Source: Fonticula alba ATCC 38817
Lineage: Eukaryota > Protista > Nucleariida
DNA: 6,872 nt
Assembly: GCA_000388065.2 (NCBI GenBank)
Contig: KB932212.1
Direction: 5' to 3' (one strand)
Shown: one piece after another, positions 1 to 6,872 of the stretch
Numbering within the stretch: position 1 is the stretch's first letter
Layout: each line of letters starts with the position of its first letter
Program-made: the position numbers and the translations under genes
The notes under the pieces: generated by a model
What the model saw: only the letters and a program-made list of their open reading frames with translations
Told to the model about the DNA's origin: nothing
Database searches by the model: none

Positions 1-49
1 CCCCCCCCCCTCCCCTCCCCACCTCAAACCCCCCTCCTTTCTTTCGGAC

Positions 50-3863
<3,814 letters not shown>

Positions 3864-3890
3864 GGTGGAGGGCCACATACACATATAGAT

Positions 3891-3974
3891 CCCCCCCCCC
3901 CCCCCCCCCCGCCACACATACACTCCTCCTCGTCCCCCTGTTTCTCTCAGCCGAGAAAGACCCCCCCCCCCCCC
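3891..3974 (+). repeat. Poly-C runs (C20 at 3891-3910, C14 at 3961-3974) downstream of the protease stop codon
   Basis: Seen directly. Similar runs occur at 1-10, 6599-6616 and 6846-6868, with G runs at 4544-4554 and 5341-5350. Confidence 0.9.
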
Positions 3975-4267
3975 TCCCCTGTAATCCCCGCGCCCGCCCG
4001 CGGCCAGGCTGCTGTGCCCTCTTTTTCTCCGAGCCGCCGCGGGCGTGCTCACCCTCCTCGCCCTTTTCTCCCCTTCCCCCCTCCGACGGGCCAATGTAAC
4101 TATAGAATGCGCCGCGCCCGTGCGATTGGCAGGCGACGATGCAGGGGAGGGAGGGGGGGACGTATCGACCTGTACCGGGGTCACGGTTTCTATTTAGAAA
4201 GGGCAGACTGGCCAGAGAAGAGAAAAGAAGAAAGCTGCCCTGGTCAGTGGGTTCTCCCGAGGGCCGG

Positions 4268-5295
4268 CTACTGGGACTTCTTGGCGGCGGCGGCCTTCTT
4301 GGCGGCGGCCTCGTTGTAGATCATGGCAGTGAACGGGCTGAGCACCGGGCAGAGGGCCGGGCCGAGGTGATAGCCGTTAGCAAACATCATGGCCAGCACA
4401 AGCGGGACGCCAGCAGGCGGGGGCGGCTGCGGGGAGCAAGGGAGGGGGGCGGCTGCGCACTTTTCGAACTGGATGGCCACGTAGTACACGACATACACGA
4501 CAACCGACAGGAGAATACCCACAGGGCTGGCGTTCCTGCAGGAGGGGGGGGGGGAGGGGGGGACGTGCACAATCACACCGGCGGGCGATCGGCGGGGCAG
4601 AAGCGTGAGCAAGCAAGCGCCCCAGGGACATTGCGGCACACGGGGCCCAGGAGCGGGAGGCGGGACGAAAAGAAGGAGCCCGCCGCATCGCGGACCGGGC
4701 AGCAGGCACACCCACAAACGTACCACAGCGCCAGAGACAGGTAGTTCAGCACAGAGCCCCAGTACATGGGGTTGTCGGTGATGGTGAAGGGGAAGCCCTC
4801 CACACGGTGGGACATCAGGATGCCGAAGTAGTCGCCAAGGTAGGTGCCAGTGATGCCCAGCCGGGCGTACGTGGCCAGCACCAGGACGTTGGCGAAGACA
4901 AACATGACAGCCGCCACCATGCGCACCAGCGGCGTGTCCAGGACCGCCCAGCGCGCCCCGGCGGAGATGGCCTCCTGGATGAAGGTCGTCCGGTAGGAGG
5001 AGGCCGTGAAGATGGCCAGCGCCAGGAGGTAGCACCCGAGGCGCGCATGGCCGCCGCACAGCCGCGTCATCCACCGGGTCCGGTGCTCGGACCGGGCGAT
5101 GACATTCCACAGGAAGGGGATCATGGCCACCACCAGGGCCGCTTTCAGGGCCACCGGGTCCAGGAAATCCACATGCGGCGTCTCCAGGGTCACCGCGTGG
5201 GGGCCCACCCGCGGCAGGGTGGCATAGTCGGTCAGCGCGGTGACGAGCATGTCAACGGGCTCGGACTTCAGCAGGGATGACAACCCGGCGGACAT
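4268..5295 (-). CDS. OPI3: Phospholipid (phosphatidyl-N-methylethanolamine/PE) N-methyltransferase, PEMT/Opi3 family. 3 exons in transcript order: 5295..4724, 4535..4461, 4337..4268; 238 aa
   Basis: Signature stretches: PFLWNVIARSEHRTR, GCYLLALAIF, LGITGTYLGDYFGILMSHRVEGFPFTITDNPMYWGS, W|NASPVGILL, and FE-N|PFTAMIY. Start ATG 5295-5293 lies in a GCCGCCACCATG context. Exons sum to 717 nt, ending at TAG 4270-4268. Confidence 0.95.
4338..4460 (-). other. Intron 2 of the methyltransferase gene (123 nt, phase 2)
   Basis: Minus-strand donor GTGCGC at 4460, GCTAAC at 4381-4376, acceptor TCAG ending 4338. Gives IQFE-N-PFTAMIY. Confidence 0.92.
4536..4723 (-). other. Intron 1 of the methyltransferase gene (188 nt, phase 2)
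   Basis: Minus-strand donor GTACGT at 4723, CTCAC at 4609-4605, C-rich tract, acceptor TGCAG ending 4536. Gives LAL-W-NASPVG. Confidence 0.92.
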
Positions 5296-5331
5296 GGTGG
5301 CGGCGGCGGCGGCGGCAGCGGCAGCGGCAGC
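5296..5331 (-). repeat. (GCY)n/(GCC)n repeat in the putative 5' UTR ending in a Kozak-like GCCGCCACC before the methyltransferase ATG
   Basis: The minus strand reads ...gctgccgctgccgctgccgccgccgccgccgccaccATG. Confidence 0.7.
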
Positions 5332-5360
5332 AAGAGCGGAGGGGGGGGGGAGGAACGCGG

Positions 5361-5370
5361 NNNNNNNNNN
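5361..5370. other. Assembly gap (10 N)
   Basis: N run between G10 (5341-5350) and C13 (5371-5383). True size unknown. Confidence 0.98.
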
Positions 5371-6108
5371 CCCCCCCCCCCCCGCCTCCCCGCTCCCCCC
5401 GCCCCGGTGGGCCGCTGCAAAGGGGGGGGGAATAATCCCGCGCCCGACTCGTTTGCCCCGTTTTCCCGGGGTCCGGCGCCTGGCCGGCAGATCCCCCCCC
5501 CGCCCTTCTTGCACATGCTCTGCAGGCCATTTGGTCAGATCGCGCTTGTGTGCCAATTGATGCGGCACGTCCCCAACGGAAAGCCGGAGCGGCGGCCCGG
5601 GGGGGGCCGGGCGGTCGTGCCGGCCTGGCTAAGTTGGCGACCTCCCCCCCCTCCCCCGGCCGACCGGGCGGCGCCGGACGGCACTGGCACACCTTTCTCC
5701 CGGCCGCCCGTTCAATGAGGGGGGCGGGGGGCGGGCGGCCGAGGGCTTGTCGCACTTCTGGCGATGGGGGATTCCCCCGGCACGTTGCTGCTGCCGGGCC
5801 CCGCCGACCCGGGGTCACGGGTCAGGCCAGGGCGGCGGACCAGGACGCATAGGGCGCGCACAACCGCGCCCGCCCCGCGGCCCCACGTCCTCTCGGAGAC
5901 CAGGTCATTGGGGAGAGGGGGAGCGGCGTGCCGCCGGGCGCCGGGCCGAGCCGACCGGGGAACAGGCGAGAGAGTGGGCCGCCGCCGCCGCCGCCCCCCC
6001 CGCAGTCTTCTGGAGTAGGGGCAGGACCCGGGCGCAAGTGAGAGTGCCGCCAGCCGGACGCAGGATCATCCCTCCAGGCCCAAGCGCGCGTCATGCCTCC
6101 CCCCCCCC

Positions 6109-6118
6109 NNNNNNNNNN
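6109..6118. other. Assembly gap (10 N)
   Basis: N run immediately after a C homopolymer. True size unknown. Confidence 0.98.
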
Positions 6119-6872
6119 GGGCGGGGGTCTCACTGCGGCGGCGCCCGCGCTGGCGGCAGCCCCCGCCCGGCAGCCGGCTCTAAAAGGCCCGGCCCCGGTG
6201 TCCGGTCGCCCGTGCCGGTCAAAGAGCACCGGCAGCAGCAACGGCGGCGGCGGCGGCGGCGGCCGGCGGAAGCGCCAAGGGGGGGCAGGGCCTCCGTGTC
6301 GCCGGGATGCCCCGCTCCCTTGCCAGAAGGCCGAGTGTGGGTTGTTGACACATGCTCCGGCAGGACCAGGCCTCCCGCGCATCGGTCGCGGGCCGGGGGC
6401 AGACGGCAACAGGACCCGAACCGCTGGCCGGGCGGCGACGGGCGCACTCTCGCGGCCCGCCGCACGTTCCGCACCCACCCCCCAGCGGCGGCGGGGGTAC
6501 TGGCCGGGGCGTGCCAGGCCCGCGCGGCTCCGGCAGTCGCGTGTCCCGGCCAGTCCCAGGGGCATGTCGATCCCCACGGCATACACGGTGAAAGAGCGCC
6601 CCCCCCCCCCCCCCCCGGGCCTGGGCGGCCCGCCAACGGCCTTGGGCCGATCAGGTCCCGCGCGACCCACCGCCCTCCTGCCCCGGGCCAGCGCAGGCCA
6701 GCGCGCCATTGGCGCCGGGCGGGGCCGCGCACCGGGGGTGGCCCCGCAGCTGGTGCCCCCCATCGCCGGGGGGCGCCCAGCGCGGGGTCCACGGAGCACC
6801 CCCCGCACGACCGGGCCAAGCCGGCCTCGCGCCCACGCAGCCTTGCCCCCCCCCCCCCCCCCCCCCCCGGCG

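Noticed and set aside
4093-4133. gccaat...attggc inverted pair, plus CCAAT-like motifs at ~4094 and ~5554
   Set aside because: Only 5-6 bp matches, expected by chance. The first lies between two stop codons, not in a promoter position.
4807-5280. 157-aa plus-strand ORF, and 4139..4744
   Set aside because: Antisense shadows of the methyltransferase gene with no domain-like content.
4573-5568. 331-aa ORF extending the methyltransferase N-terminus upstream to 5568
   Set aside because: The extension crosses an N gap of unknown size and homopolymer runs. ATG 5295 has a strong Kozak-like context and gives a normal family length. The C-terminal part reads into intron 1.
5822-6819. 328-aa and 229-aa minus-strand ORFs and small plus-strand ORFs (6352..6591, 6651..6836)
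   Set aside because: Pro/Arg/Gly/Ala-rich, use non-ATG starts or cross a gap, and show no recognisable family or the codon pattern of the two real genes. Consistent with chance in very GC-rich DNA.

Overview
GC-rich eukaryotic genomic DNA with short spliceosomal introns, many C/G homopolymer runs and two 10-N gaps. It holds two complete, convergent, intron-containing genes. (1) On the + strand, a 7-exon gene join(50..257,395..1191,1269..2079,2256..2423,2557..3074,3221..3363,3545..3863), 2964 nt, 987 aa, encoding a mitochondrial m-AAA (AFG3/Yta10/Yta12/paraplegin family, FtsH-like) ATP-dependent zinc metalloprotease. (2) On the - strand, a 3-exon gene complement(join(4268..4337,4461..4535,4724..5295)), 717 nt, 238 aa, encoding a PEMT/Opi3-type phospholipid N-methyltransferase. 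Both models were spliced by hand, keep frame, and restore conserved motifs across the junctions (RPGRF|D, NE|AALIA, GPR|PY, FE-N|PFT). Bases ~5300-6872 contain no recognisable gene. The protein motifs look opisthokont/fungal-like and the DNA style is reminiscent of Fonticula, but I cannot verify the organism. I see no evidence of a new multi-gene system. The points of interest are local: a large Ala-rich insertion in the protease intermembrane-space domain, a probable distant-branch-point intron filled with a CA microsatellite, substitutions at proposed AdoMet-binding residues of the methyltransferase, and a possible orphan intron upstream of it.
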